Source: Octopus vulgaris | Lineage: Eukaryota | Assembly: GCA_951406725.2 (NCBI GenBank) | Contig: OX597828.1 | Span: 53,072,001 to 53,136,000, forward strand | Reading direction: 5' to 3' | Length of the DNA: 64,000 nt | In this document: positions 1 through 13,552 of the stretch, piece by piece | Layout: every line of letters begins with the position of its first letter | Position numbering within the stretch: the stretch's first letter is position 1 | Program-made: the position numbers and the translations under genes | Notes under the pieces: generated by a model | Told to the model about the DNA's origin: nothing | The model's input: only the letters and a program-made list of their open reading frames with translations | Databases searched by the model: none

Positions 1-312
1 TAAAAGCAACAGAAATAGAGAGAGAGAGAGAGAAAGAAGAGAGAGAGTGAAAGAGATGTACACATATATATGCAAACATATATTTACATATATATGGTAT
101 TGTTGGTGAAAACGAAAGAAACACAAACTTTTCTTCATACAGTTGAGCCACGCACACACACACACACACACACACTCTGTCTTTCTCTCTTTGTCTCTCT
201 CTCTCTCTCTCTCTCTTATTCACATTCACATATCGAAAGAGGAAGAGAGATACACGTATGTACACACACACACACAAACACACACATACATATATATATA
301 CAAACAAACACG

Positions 313-412
313 GGCTCGAAACGTCAAAGACTTTTTCATTTTTCATGAGCGTGAAACTAATACACCTGGCCTGTTGCTCCCTCACCTATCTATTCTGTTT
401 TTGTTTTGTTTT
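313..412 (+). mobile_element. 5'-truncated copy of the hammerhead-bearing repeat (family D, Penelope pLTR-like)
   Basis: ggctcgaaacgtcaaagactttttcatttttcatgagcgtgaaactaatacacc aligns with the copies at 28307-28445 (+) and 17690-17850 (-). Confidence 0.6.
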
Positions 413-1558
413 AGGGGGTTTTTTTTTGGTGGGGGTGTACAGTTTTGGATCATATTCAAACACACACACACACGTGAGAGTGTGTGTATGTATATAATAT
501 AGTAATATATTTCAAACGATTAATCATCGTCTTAGGAGTGTTGATTTTGCTGCTGCTCATGATGATGATGATGATAAGGAGGAGGAGGAGGGGGAGGGGA
601 CGATGACGACGAAGATATTAAGAATGAGATTACTGGGAAAAATGATGAGGATAAGGGTGGAAGCAGAGAATTCCAATTTTGTCGTAAGAAGAATATTTCC
701 TTTTTCTTCCGTCATCACCATCAACATGCCCCCACCATCAGCACCACCACCATCAACACCATCACCATCAACACCACCACCAACTCCACCACAACCTCCT
801 ACACCACCAACATGACCAACACTACCACCACTACTACCACCACCACCACCACCAACATCAACAACAACAACAAACAAAATAAATATGGAAGTATTTAAAA
901 GAAAAAGAAATAAAGCTAACAAATTTAACCCCACCCCTACCATACTCCGTTTAAAGTAAACTGAATTAAACAACAACAACAACAACAGACGAATGTAAGA
1001 AACAGTAAAAAAAAAAGAAAAGAAAAGAGATTATTTAAACAAAACAAATACAATCTGTAAAAGTCGTCTGCTTGTTTGACTTCAATATTTTGGCTGGAAG
1101 CCATTTCTTTGGTTCAACGAGCTTTTAATAAAGAAGTTAAACCAATCAAATTGACTCATCTAGGAAAGGCAAATAAATAAATAAATAAATACTTTAATAT
1201 GGTTGCTGTTATTGCTATCGTTTGTGTTGTTGTTGTCGTTGTTGTTGGGTGTGTATTGTTTTTGTTGGTTTTTTTTTTACTTTTCTTTTAAATTTTGTTT
1301 GTCTTATTCATTTTTGTTTGCCTACCTTGTTTGGTTTATAAACGGTGTCTTTTCATTATGACCTCCCACAATAACACCCTCCCTTATTAACAATAATGAG
1401 GTCTTTTTTCTCATTAGGGCGGCCCAATTTACACATATTACTGGTAGCAAAGGGGGAGTAAGCAAGACGACAAAACGAAAATATTGTAAAGAAAGCATTT
1501 AGTCATGCGCGTCATAGTATCATTCATCTATGTATCCTTGCAAAATATCACTGCAACC

Positions 1559-1591
<33 letters not shown>

Positions 1592-1594
<3 letters not shown>

Positions 1595-1808
1595 GGTTTC
1601 TAATTTTGCCACAAGAGCAGCAATTATTAGGGAGGGAATGTGTCGATTGCATCGATTCCAGTGTTCATCTGGTACTTAATTTATCGACCCCGAAAGAATG
1701 AACGGTAAAGTCGACCTCGGCGGAATTTGAACTCAGAACGTAGCGACAGGCAAAATGCCACTAAGCTTTTTGCCAGGCGTGCTGACGATCCCGTCAGCTC
1801 GCCGCCTT
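1592..1808 (-). mobile_element. tRNA-derived SINE family A
   Basis: The minus strand has head aaggcggcgagctgac, B-box-like gagttcaaattcc, central gtcgacttt.cc.ttcat.ctttcggggtcgataaattaagtaccag and an (ATT)n tail. Many copies occur in the window. Confidence 0.85.
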
Positions 1809-1834
1809 CATAATAATATTAATAATAATAATAA

Positions 1835-2040
1835 TCCTTTCTACTAGAAGGACAAGGCTTTGAATTTGGGGGAAGAGATTAAGTCGGTTACATCGAACCG
1901 AGTGCATAACTGATACTTATTTAATCGACCCCGAAAGGTTGAAAGGCGAAGTCGGAATTTGAACTCAGGACGTAAAGTCAGTAGAAATGTTGCTTAACAT
2001 TTTATCTGACGTGCTAACGATTCTGCCAACTCGCCATCTT
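1835..2040 (-). mobile_element. SINE family A copy
   Basis: Same head, B-box and core as 1592-1808, in tandem with it. Confidence 0.8.
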
Positions 2041-2081
2041 AGTAGTAGTAGTAGTAGTAGTAGTAGTAACACGAAGAAGAA

Positions 2082-2277
2082 CTCTTTCTAATTTTGGCAT
2101 AAGAGCAACAATTTTGAAGGAGGGTCTGAATCGATTATATCGATCACCGTACTTATTAATCGCTCCTTATTTCATAGACCCAGAAAGGGTGAAAGCCAAT
2201 CTCGGTGGTATTTGAACTCAGAGGTAAAGACGGGCGAAATGCTGCTGTGCGTTCTGTCTGATGCGCTAATGATTCTG
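2082..2277 (-). mobile_element. SINE family A copy (degraded)
   Basis: atttgaactcagag B-box complement and gacccagaaagggtgaaag core. Confidence 0.7.
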
Positions 2278-4710
2278 TAAAATGTTGTTGTTGTTATTAC
2301 ACTTATTAACCGAGTGGTTTAGAAGTGTTAGAGCGGTATTTGGCCAAGCTCTTTATATCCTGGATTCAGATCGCACCTTTGTCACCTTTCATGTTTCCAG
2401 GGTCGATAAAATATAGACCCACGACTTATTATAGACCCACGAATTATTCCAATCATCACCAGCTCCTCTTTATAGCCGTCCAAAAATTTGGACCTGGAGA
2501 TCTCCATTTCCAGCGACTTCGAGGGCCACCTTCCAGTGGTGTCGGGCGTCAACGAAGAGCCCTCGACTACAACAAGATGACCAACGTTTTTTTTTCCAAG
2601 GTCTGGGATCTCTCGCCCTAGACCACCACCTAATCACCCTAACCCGTCTTGTTGCTTAACAACAACAACAAGACGTTATCTAGAACATTAACGAATTTAC
2701 CATTCTTCATTGAAAATAGTAGGGTCTGATTTAACGGGTTATTTGGCTACTATTTCTCGTAGGAGACCACATTGAGAAACCTTCTCTCATTCCCCGCACA
2801 TTTGAAGAGATTTAATAACTGGATCAATAAAAAGATTTGCAGGAGAACAACAAGCATTCTTCCCTATACGTAGGCTTCATCGTGGGGCTAACATTTCGTA
2901 TTGAGTGTAATGGGGTACGGTTTACTAAAGAGAGATATGTAAAGAAATCAGAGACCATTCTTCAGAAACCTGAGCTTGGCTTTTGAAACAGAAAGCAAGA
3001 ATTACTCTGGAATGGTATTTTCATTAGCATTATTGAAATTGCTAAATTTATAACAAGCAATATGCCATTACTGAGTTGCAACGAGCTGTGTGTGTGCGTG
3101 CGTGTGTGTTTGCGTGCATTTATCTATGTAAATATGTATATGTCTATATTGTATACATATATTTATATGCTTGCACACTTACATATTCTTTCATAGTGCA
3201 CACAAACACACATATGCACCGATGCGTGTGTATATATATGTGTGTGTATATGTGTTTGTAGGTATGTATTCAATAAGCTGTATGCACATTGGGTAAGCTA
3301 TATAATGTGTGTATGAGTGTGTACAGACACGCATCAGTGTGTTTCTGTCTCTCTGTGTGTGTAGCTACATATATAGAGAATGACCACTAATTGTCAGGAA
3401 AATGATCAACAATATTTGGTTAACAACGATGACGGTAGAAACACAAAGAAGGCGGCGGCGGCGGCGGTGGTAGTGGTGGTGATGGTGGTGGCGGTGGAGG
3501 TTTGGGTGTCGGTGGCTGTGATATCGATTGTGGTTAGTTGCGCAAGAATTTCCTTTTAAACCACTTTGTTCTTTCCTCCTGTTCTTTCATACATGCACAC
3601 GGCTCACACACACACACACACGCACATACACACACACACACACACACACAAGAGCATCTGTGCACTCGTTCGACTTTTGTTAGAAATAGGCCCGAAAATG
3701 CCTCAAAATCACATTTTTCATATTTTAAAAGAAAATAAGGCCTGTACTATGATTGATACAAACCGCTCCCCCCACCCCCCAAAGAAACGATGTAATGAGT
3801 AACTGAGTTCAAGTGTGTATCGCCCTGGGCAGCCCATGCCTTCGGGCCCTAGACAGACTTAAACACCAAACCCAAAGTGCCGCACTCATGGCTGGAGTTT
3901 CTTTCATCATACCTTTCTTTTCTCAATCAAGGTTCATATGATTATAAAAGCTGACCCACTCAGTTATTCAGATACAGTGTCTCTCCCCTTCCCTCTCTCT
4001 CTCTTCCTATCTCTTCCTCTCTCTCACTACTCCGAGTACACAAACAATCTTTACCACAACATCGCTTTTTAACGTGTTCCGTCCAATTCACTGCCTCGTA
4101 ATCACAAATTTAGTTTATTTATTTTGTTCCTGTTTTTTGTTACTCTTGTTATTGTTTCTGTTGTTGTACAACTCAATGTTAAACAAGACTGAGTAGAGCT
4201 ATGGCCAAAGGCGTTCCAGCCGTGGCAGTCTCAATTTTTCTTTATTTATTCATTGCCTGTTAGCAATATCCAATACATTTTTTTATTTAATAGAGTATGA
4301 TTTGAGGGAGTTTTCTAAACTATTTCTAGCAGGCTCTAGGTTGCTTTGCGTGTAGAAAGCTATCAATGAGACAAAACCTCGATAGGGTTTCCTCTCTCGG
4401 TTAACACAAGTTCAGTTCATTTCCTCTTGGGGTGGGGGAAACATGAATCCCACAGCAATATAATTCCCTCGATCCGTCCTTCTTTTCTCTAAATTCTGTA
4501 GCATTTATTACGGCCTAAATATAAATTGATGGGGAAAGGTTGACAGAAATCGGTAGAGCGTTGGTTAAAATGATTTGCAGTATTTAGCTACTTCTCTTTA
4601 CGTTTTGAGTGCAAATCCCGTTGATATTCAATTTATATATCATTCCTGGGTCGATAAAATAAATACCGTCAAATACAGCAGATCGATATAATCATCAGTT
4701 CACTCTTGAT

Positions 4711-5022
4711 CAGTGGTTCTTAACCATTTTTTTTTAATCTATGGACCCCCATTGATTCTTATTTTATCCCGGTCGACCCCCATAGCCATTCAATGTTTAA
4801 AAACCAGTTTTATAGATACTTCTTTCGAACTTCCTATTTTGTTTTTCATGAATTCACTTGTGTAGGTTTAGCTATGTAGAACCTTAGAGAAAGAAACCTG
4901 GTTTTTTCTTGCAATATATACATCTAAGTCAAAATGAACCCTAAAATATAACTCGTGGATCCACAGTTTTTGCTTGCGTGGACCCACAAAAATCTTATGG
5001 GGACCACGTTTGAAAAACACTG
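4711..5022. mobile_element. hAT-type MITE inserted in a degraded SINE A
   Basis: Ends cagtggttcttaacc and tttgaaaaacactg form an imperfect CAGTG TIR typical of hAT/Charlie elements, with repeated subterminal ggaccc motifs. SINE A sequence lies at about 4530-4700 and its tail resumes at about 5031. No intact TSD. Confidence 0.6.
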
Positions 5023-5243
5023 CATTAGGCCCTTATTAACGGCCTTGTGCTTATATTTCTAAATTAAAGTCACAAAGATTTCTGATGGAATAATCAAAGA
5101 ACGTGTAGATGTCATATTGTTTCTAAATGAAGGAAAAAGGCCAGTAATCTTTCAGGAAAAGGTATTGAACGATATACCATCAATACCTTATTTTATTAAG
5201 CTTCAAGGGCAAGGAGCAAGGCGGATCTCAGCCTCATTTGAAC

Positions 5244-5635
5244 TGGAAAATCCTAGAGGGGCATGTTCCAAACTTAGGCATTAAAGTGAATTATAATGCA
5301 AGAGCTGGTAGATAGTACTCAGCTTTCATACATACCACCTTCGAAGTCACGGCCAAAACACTCTATTACACCAGTCTAATATGTGGAGGTCCTCAGTTAA
5401 TCACAGACATATAAAAGGGACCTCTGCTGAAACATTACAAACAACATTAGATAAACTACTAGCGAGACACCAGACCAGCCAACCATTTAAGGATACACTC
5501 AAATAAGATCAGCTTCTATGAACTCAATCATAGACCAACTTCCAGACGTGAAGCAACGGCAAAATTTAAACAAGTCAAGGCGTTGCTTCAGCATGACCGC
5601 AATCCTTTGATTGAAACCATTAAAAGAACAAAAGA
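5244..5635 (+). mobile_element. Degraded 3' end of a CR1-group LINE (ORF2 C-terminus and 3' UTR)
   Basis: Reads WKILEGHVPNLGIKVNYNARAGR*...GGPQL...DIKGTSAETLQTTLDKLLA/PDQPTI*GYTQIRSASMNSIIDQLP with stops and frameshifts. This resembles the LDK.L..PD.P...G...R.A.SNS..DQ terminus of invertebrate CR1-like LINEs (recalled, not searched). Confidence 0.7.
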
Positions 5636-5884
5636 AAAAAAAAAGAAGCGGAAGAAATAGAGCGAGGCATTTTCCCGACTGTATTAAAGTTCTACTAATC
5701 CCGCGCCTTTGATTACCAGACATATTAAAGATATGCGAAGTGGGTGCAGAGTTAGGAGCTTCGAGATAAAGACTGTTCGAAAGGAATCAAGTAACTGACC
5801 CGGTTTCAATTCTAGGCTGACGCCAACACATTTCACGCTTGTTGCATTGCTTGCTGTTACTACTCTGCTTCTGTATGTCTGCCT

Positions 5885-6175
<291 letters not shown>

Positions 6176-6390
6176 ATACATATATATATTCATGTTCCTT
6201 CTTCTACTGCGTGTACTTGTATATTTTACCTGTCAGCCTGACTGGCAATATCTCTTTCCCCTCCAGTCTCCTTCTCTCATCTTAATGTTCAATATCGCAC
6301 CCTTCTTTCTCTCTCTCTCTCTTTCTCTCTCCTCTATATTAATATACATACATAACTCATACATACATACACGTGTGTGTATGTGTATAC

Positions 6391-6423
<33 letters not shown>

Positions 6424-6451
6424 GGCATGTATATTTACGCATGTCTATGAA

Positions 6452-6493
<42 letters not shown>

Positions 6494-6597
6494 TGTATGT
6501 GTATATATATGCACATGTATGTGTATATATATGTATATGTACGTGTATATATGTATATGTGTGTATAAATTTATGTATGTCTATATATATATATATA

Positions 6598-6630
<33 letters not shown>

Positions 6631-8302
6631 GCGTTCATGGAAAACATTAGTTGATCAACAGAATCTTCCCACAACATCTCTCTGCCGTCACCTTTGCAAA
6701 ACAACAACAATAGCAACATCACTGCCATGAAAAAAAAAATCAAAAACAAAAATCAACATAAAACATACAATCCCCCACACACTGCTACAATCTGAGCACC
6801 CACCACCACCACCATCACTACCACCGCCTCCACCACCACCACCACCACCACCACCATCGCTAGCTGTAGCACTTTAAACAACAATAGTCTCAGACAGTGG
6901 TTGAGGATAGCGTGATAGGAATCAATTGAGAATTATTCTTATCGATCCATTGTTTATTGATTGACGATGGGTTCAGTCTCCCGCTGCTGTTACTGTTGTT
7001 GTTGTTGTTGTTGTTGTTATTGCTCCTTTTTTTTTCTTTCTTCTTCTTGTTTTATTACTTGTGGCACTTTTTTTTTATTGGTGGAAAGGGCGTGTGGTGG
7101 TGGTGGTGGTCGTGGTGGGGTTGGTAGTAATTTTCATTGTTATTGTTGTATTGTTGTCGTTCGTATGAGATTGTTGTTGTTGTTGTTGTTATTGTTGCAG
7201 ATTCGTTCTTTGTGTTTTGGGGGATTTTTTTTTTCATGTTTTGTTATTGTTGTTGTTGTTGTTGTATTCCATTTAATAGCATAACCGTGTTATTTTATAA
7301 ATGGAAGACTATATCTGCTTTTATAGAGAAACCCTAGAGCTGGAGTAGTTTTTCCTCAACAACATTAATGTTTACTGCTGTTGTTGTTGTTACTGTTGTT
7401 GTTGTTGTTGTTATTGTGAACAGTGGTAGCGGTGGTAGTGGTATTGACAGTGGTGGTTGTCGTTGAGGTGTTGATGATGGTGGTGGTAGTAGTATCAACA
7501 AAGGTGGATGTAGGGATATATATATATATATATAGTGATGATGGTTGTGGTGGTGGTGGTGGCGTTGGCGATGGTGTTGGTGGTGGTGGCGATGGTGTTG
7601 GTGTTGGTGGTGGTTGTGGTGGTGGTGGTGGTGGTGGTGGTGGCGCCGGCGATGGTGGTGCTGGTGGTGGCGTCGGCGATGGTGGTGGTGGTGGTGATGG
7701 TGAAAACGATATTAACAAAAGTGGTTGTAGAGATAGATTTGGCGGAGGTGGCGGTGGTGGTGGTGGTGGTGGCGGCGGCGGTGGTGGTTGCTAGAAGCAA
7801 TGGTACAAATGAAGATAATGGTGGTGGTGTGGTGGTGGTGGTGGTGGTGGTGTTTGGTCTTTTGCTGAAGTTGTGAAAGGTAATAATTCTTTCTTCGAGT
7901 GGTGGAGGTCGTGGTGGAAGTATTGTAGTTGTAGTTACAATGGCGGAATGGGGCCGAATCGGCTCTAGTAATGTGAGTGCTAATATTTGGTGGTAGTGAA
8001 GGTGGTGGCGGTGATTGTGATCGAAAGATTGTTGAGGTATTGTTATTCAAGGTGGTAGCAGTGGTTGTGGATATGGCTGTTGCTGTTGCTGTGTAAACGC
8101 AAACAGATTTAAGATGAAAATCACCCCAGCTGGGACGATCCCATTTTCCTATGCCTGGGAGTACATTATCCAGTGGGCCATTTAATTATGATGACGTGGA
8201 GTTTTAAAGGAAAAGAGAAGCGAGAGTAGTAGTAGTAGTAGTAGTAGTAGTGGCATTCAGTGTTCCATGTACTGTTAGAGAATGAGCTGTTTTCTTCTTG
8301 GA

Positions 8303-8626
8303 ATAATAATAATAATAATAATAATAATGATGATGATGATGATAATGATAATAATAATAATGATGATGATGATAATAATAATGATAATAATAATAATAAT
8401 AATAATGATAATAGTAATAATGATGATGATGATAATAACAATAATAATGATAATAATAATGATAATAATGATGATAATAATAATAATGATAATAATGATG
8501 ATAATAATAATAATGATAATAATAATAATGATGATGATGATAATAGTAATAATGATAATAATGATGATAATAATAATAATGATAATAGTAATAATGATAA
8601 TGATTATAATAATAATAATAATAATA
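8303..8626. repeat. (AAT/GAT)n compound microsatellite, expanded tail of the adjacent SINE A
   Basis: Direct reading; abuts the 3' end of the minus-strand SINE at 8627. Confidence 0.9.
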
Positions 8627-8831
8627 TTGGCTTCAAATTTTGCCGCAAGAGCAGCAATTTGGGGGTAGGGGATTACATCGACCCCCAGTGTTTCAATGGT
8701 ACTTGATTTATCGACCATGAAAGGCAATGTCTGTCGACCTCGGCGGAATTTGAACTCAGAACGTAGAAGCAGACGAAATACTGCTAAGTATTTCGCCCGG
8801 CGTGCTAACGATTCATCCAGTTCGCCGCCTT
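8627..8831 (-). mobile_element. SINE family A copy
   Basis: gtcgacctcggcggaatttgaactcagaacgtag...cgtgctaacgattc...ttcgccgcctt. Confidence 0.85.
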
Positions 8832-9156
8832 AATCATAATTAATAACTACTACTACTACTACTACTACTACCCGTGGAGATGATACTGTGACACAGACAC
8901 TAATATGAATGCAATCATACACTTAATACAATAACATATACTGTTTCTCTTTCTCTCTAATAGACATAAAAAACACACACACAAACACGCATACACACAC
9001 ACAAATACATACACACGCATACACACTCACAGACACTCTATCTAATGCCTCAGGTATATACATATCTATACATATGTGAAAGTGTACGAATGTGTGCAGT
9101 GTACAGGAGTATGTGTATATATGTTTCTCTCCCAACAGGTATATCAGAATGGAAAC

Positions 9157-9188
<32 letters not shown>

Positions 9189-9673
9189 GCTTTTATATAT
9201 CTATGGGGGCTTATAACGTAGGTGTATACATGTATGTGTGTAGTAGTGGTGGTGGTGGTGGTGGTGGTGGGGAAGATGCTAAACTGCTGAAAACTTGTCT
9301 CAGGTAGCAAGAAAAAAATTTGAATATTGGTGAAGTAGTAAATTCTTAAACATTTTAATTTATCTCCAGTGTGTGTACGTCCGTATGTTTGTACATGTGT
9401 TTGTATATGTGTTCATGTTTATACACGTATCTGTCTCTCTGTGTATGTATGTGTAAATATATGCGTGCACATGTATAGTATATGCATATATAAATATATA
9501 ATTGTTTTGTATCTGTATATATATAAATGTATGTATGCATTTATTTATATAAGTGAGTTTATATATATGTGTGTGTGTTTTGTGGACATCTATTGACACG
9601 TTATAAAAATGCTTTATAGTCTATACACTTATAAATATATATATATTTTATATACAAGTATGTGTGTGTATAC

Positions 9674-9714
<41 letters not shown>

Positions 9715-10244
9715 ATGCATATATATATATATATATATGTTATGCATATATATATTTAAGATGTATATATATATTTTATATACAAGTATGTGTATATATA
9801 TATATGTATTTATATATGAGTATTTTTATAAATATGTGTATTTATATATGTATTTATATATATATTTATATAATTGTGTGTGTGTATGTATGTATATATA
9901 TATATATATAATCCTTTTATTGTGATATGAATTTAGCTCTCCCCCCCTCTCTCTCTCTCTCTCTCTCTCCCTCTCTTGTATGTTTACTTTTTATGGTCTT
10001 ATGTTTGATGAGATCGAAATTGTAAATTTTATTTGTTCATAGCATCAGGAAATATGCGACAGTAGAATTATTCCGTTAAATAGTTAATATGTTACAATGA
10101 ACGCGTGGCATACCTGTCCGTCTGTTTATATTGTATGTACCTATGTATGTATGTATGTATGTATGTATGTGCCTATATCTATACCGCGGTCTCTATCTGT
10201 TGATATACACATACATACATACATACATATTGACACACGCATGA

Positions 10245-10500
10245 TTGGGTGGTAAGAACATTGTTTCCCAACCATATGGTACCGTGTTCGGTCCCGCTAC
10301 GTGACACCTTGGAGAGGTATCTTCTACTATTGCTTGTGGACAAACTAAGCCTTTTAGTAGACGGGACTTGAAGAAGCCCGACGTATATGTGTGTGTCTTT
10401 GTGTCTACGCTTCTATTACCGTTTGACAAGCGGTGTTGATGTGTTTCCGACCCCGTATTATAGTGGTTCAGCAAAAGAAGACCGATAGAATACGTACCAG
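10245..10500 (+). mobile_element. SINE family B (CORE-like) copy, degraded
   Basis: tRNA-like head, gtgacaccttggagaggtatcttctactat CORE-like segment, and cagcaaaagaagaccgatagaata body. Confidence 0.7.
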
Positions 10501-10728
10501 TATTGCTGTCGTTGTTTTTACACACACACACACACACACACACATGCATGCATGTATAAGTAGGCACATAAATGATTTAGACAAAATAATGCAGATACAC
10601 ACGTATCTGCATTATATTTCTCAAGGCGGAGCTCCAGCATGGCCACAGTCAGATAACAGAAACAAGTAAAAGAATATATGTATATGCATATATATATATA
10701 TATATATATATACTCACACATATATACA

Positions 10729-10770
<42 letters not shown>

Positions 10771-10856
10771 TATATACACATATATATATACACATATATA
10801 TATATACACATATATATATACACATATATATATATACAATATATATATATATATAT

Positions 10857-10949
<93 letters not shown>

Positions 10950-11042
10950 TATATACACATATATATATACACATATATATATACACATATATATATACAT
11001 GTATATATATATGTGTGTGTGTGTGTGTGTATGTGTACATAT

Positions 11043-11168
11043 GTCGAGCTTCTTTTAGATTCCGTCGGCCTGAGGTTATAGTAGACACTTATCCAAGGTG
11101 CCGCGCAGTGGGACTGAACCCGGAACTATGTGGTTCGTAAGCAAGCTACTTACCACACAGCCACTCCT
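11043..11168 (-). mobile_element. SINE family B 5' portion
   Basis: The reverse complement reads aggagtggctgtgtggtaag (A box)...gggttcagtccc (B box)...gcaccttggataagtgtctactata. Confidence 0.8.
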
Positions 11169-11691
11169 ATCCATCTATCTTCATTCTATCTTAATCTCGT
11201 CCTTCTTATCTTCCTGTCAAGTATCGTCTTTCTCACAAGTAGATATCATCATCATCATCATCGCCATCATCATAATCATTATCACTAGCAGCAGTAGCAG
11301 CAGCAGCAGCAGAGAAGTAGAAAACAGCCGAAAATAACAATAAACTCAAGAACAACAAAAACAACAACCACAACCACAACAACATGTTAGATATTCGAGC
11401 TGCAGGAATTTTTATAAAGTTTATTTTTCTAAACCCCAGCTAGGCCGGACTAGATATGCGTGTTTAGTGTAGGTCCCTATTCTGGGTTGAGAGACACGAC
11501 TAGCAGAGATGTTTTTCTTTGCTTTTTAATCATTTTTTTTTGTTCACATTCTTTCATTTATTTTTATATATTGCTTACATACTTTTCTTTTTTCTTTTTT
11601 TCTTGTTTTTTTTGTCATTGTTAACTTTTTTCCAATCTAGTTTCCATTTTGTTACGTGGATCGGATCTTTTGGATGGTCAAACACATGCTT

Positions 11692-11837
11692 ATACATACA
11701 TACATACATACATACATACATACATACATACATACATACATACATACATACATACATACATACATACATACATACATACATACATACATACATACATACA
11801 TACATACATACGCACATACATATATACATACGCACAC

Positions 11838-11865
<28 letters not shown>
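11692..11865. repeat. (TACA)n microsatellite
   Basis: Direct reading. Confidence 0.95.
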
Positions 11866-11869
<4 letters not shown>

Positions 11870-11910
11870 GCATATATGCATGTGTGTGTCTCATCCTATC
11901 TGTATCTCTC

Positions 11911-11954
<44 letters not shown>

Positions 11955-12087
11955 ATTTATCTATCTATCTATCCGACAACTGATGAAGAGTCATTTCTTT
12001 GTGTCCTGTTCTCCATTTTTTCTCCTTGTTTACGTATTTCATGTTATTTGCACCGTTGGTGACGTCCTGTATCATATCCATATATGA

Positions 12088-12130
<43 letters not shown>

Positions 12131-12251
12131 TATATATATACACATACATATATATATATATACATACATATATATGTATATATATATATATAAATATATA
12201 TATACATATATATATTATATATATATATACATATATATATATAATACATAT

Positions 12252-12305
<54 letters not shown>

Positions 12306-13371
12306 GCCAGTTTGTCTTATCTCTCAATTTGTCATTCTTTAGAAGTATGCATGTGTGTGTAGTTTTATACATATACGCATACATACACAAACTAGACATC
12401 CATGTGTGTGTGTGCGTGCGCGCATGCGCGTGTACTATTGTGCTTACGTGTACTCATTATTTGACGACTTCACCGTCGTTCTCTTTTCATTATTTTCCCC
12501 AAAGCCAATGTTTTTTTACCTCTCCATTCTTCGCCAATAATTACAAAATCTTGTCTTTAATGACGTCACGGCAAACATAATAAACATCCATGCTTAGATT
12601 CCTCTCCTCAATTATATAAAACTTAATTAAAGTACTACAGCTCTCCCTGTGCGGTGTGCATCCCTTTCTCTTTCTCTCCCCCCCCCCCCGTGTGAGTCCG
12701 CTGCATCTTATAGATGAAACAGCCGTAAGCAAATGAAGTTCATAAGATAATTGTTTGTAACTTTGTCGTTTTATGTTTTCATTATCACTCTGTACTTGGC
12801 TAACGCCTAATACTCAATCATACATGTATTGAGTTCTACACCAGGTTATTAGTATCGAAACACCAAAGTGAAATATCAAAACTGAAATTATTTCATAGCA
12901 ATCTGTTCGATAAACAGGGAATGACAAAATAATTACAAGTTTGTAATCAGTTCTGTGTGTCCATTGGTTGACCCCAGTCCAATATCGTAAACTGCTACTG
13001 CAATTCAATTATTGAAACCTGCAATAAAATACAAGATGATAGCCTGGTTGACTTTGGTATATAAATCTTGCCCCTACTCTAAATTAGAACACGATTTCTA
13101 GCTGTTGTTGGGTCTCTTATCAACTGTCATAAAAGGGACTCCTGGTCAAACAACCCAGCCATCATCATTACTCCTATTTATTTATTAAGTATGAAACTGT
13201 TCAGTGCAGCCTGTTTTAGAATAGTAGAGTGGAGTTCGATGTATGACACAGGTGAAATCGATGACATCTTGCACAACGACTCAACGGGGCTTCGTGTTTT
13301 ACTAAGCGTTATGTTAGTACAGAAGCCTTTAGTGAGATGGGCGTGTGTGTGAATGCATGTTTCTTTATAAT

Positions 13372-13552
13372 TTTATTTCTTTACTGCCCACAAGGGGCTA
13401 CACACAGAGGGGACAAACAAGGACAGACAAGCGGATTAAGTCGATTATATCGACTCCAGTGCGTAACTGGTACTTATTTAATCGACCCCGAAAGGATGAA
13501 AGGCAAAGTTGACCCCGGCGGAATTTAAACTCAGAACGTAGCGGCAGACGGA
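13372..13552 (-). mobile_element. SINE subfamily A2 (alternative tail), 5'-truncated, with a 15-bp target-site duplication
   Basis: SINE A core plus tail ...tgtgtgtagccccttgtgggcagtaaagaaa. The direct repeat atgtttctttataat lies at 13357-13371 and 13553-13567. Confidence 0.88.

Noticed and set aside
11980-12010. ctgatgaagagtc, a Penelope-like start
   Set aside because: No closing stem II or GAAA was found downstream.
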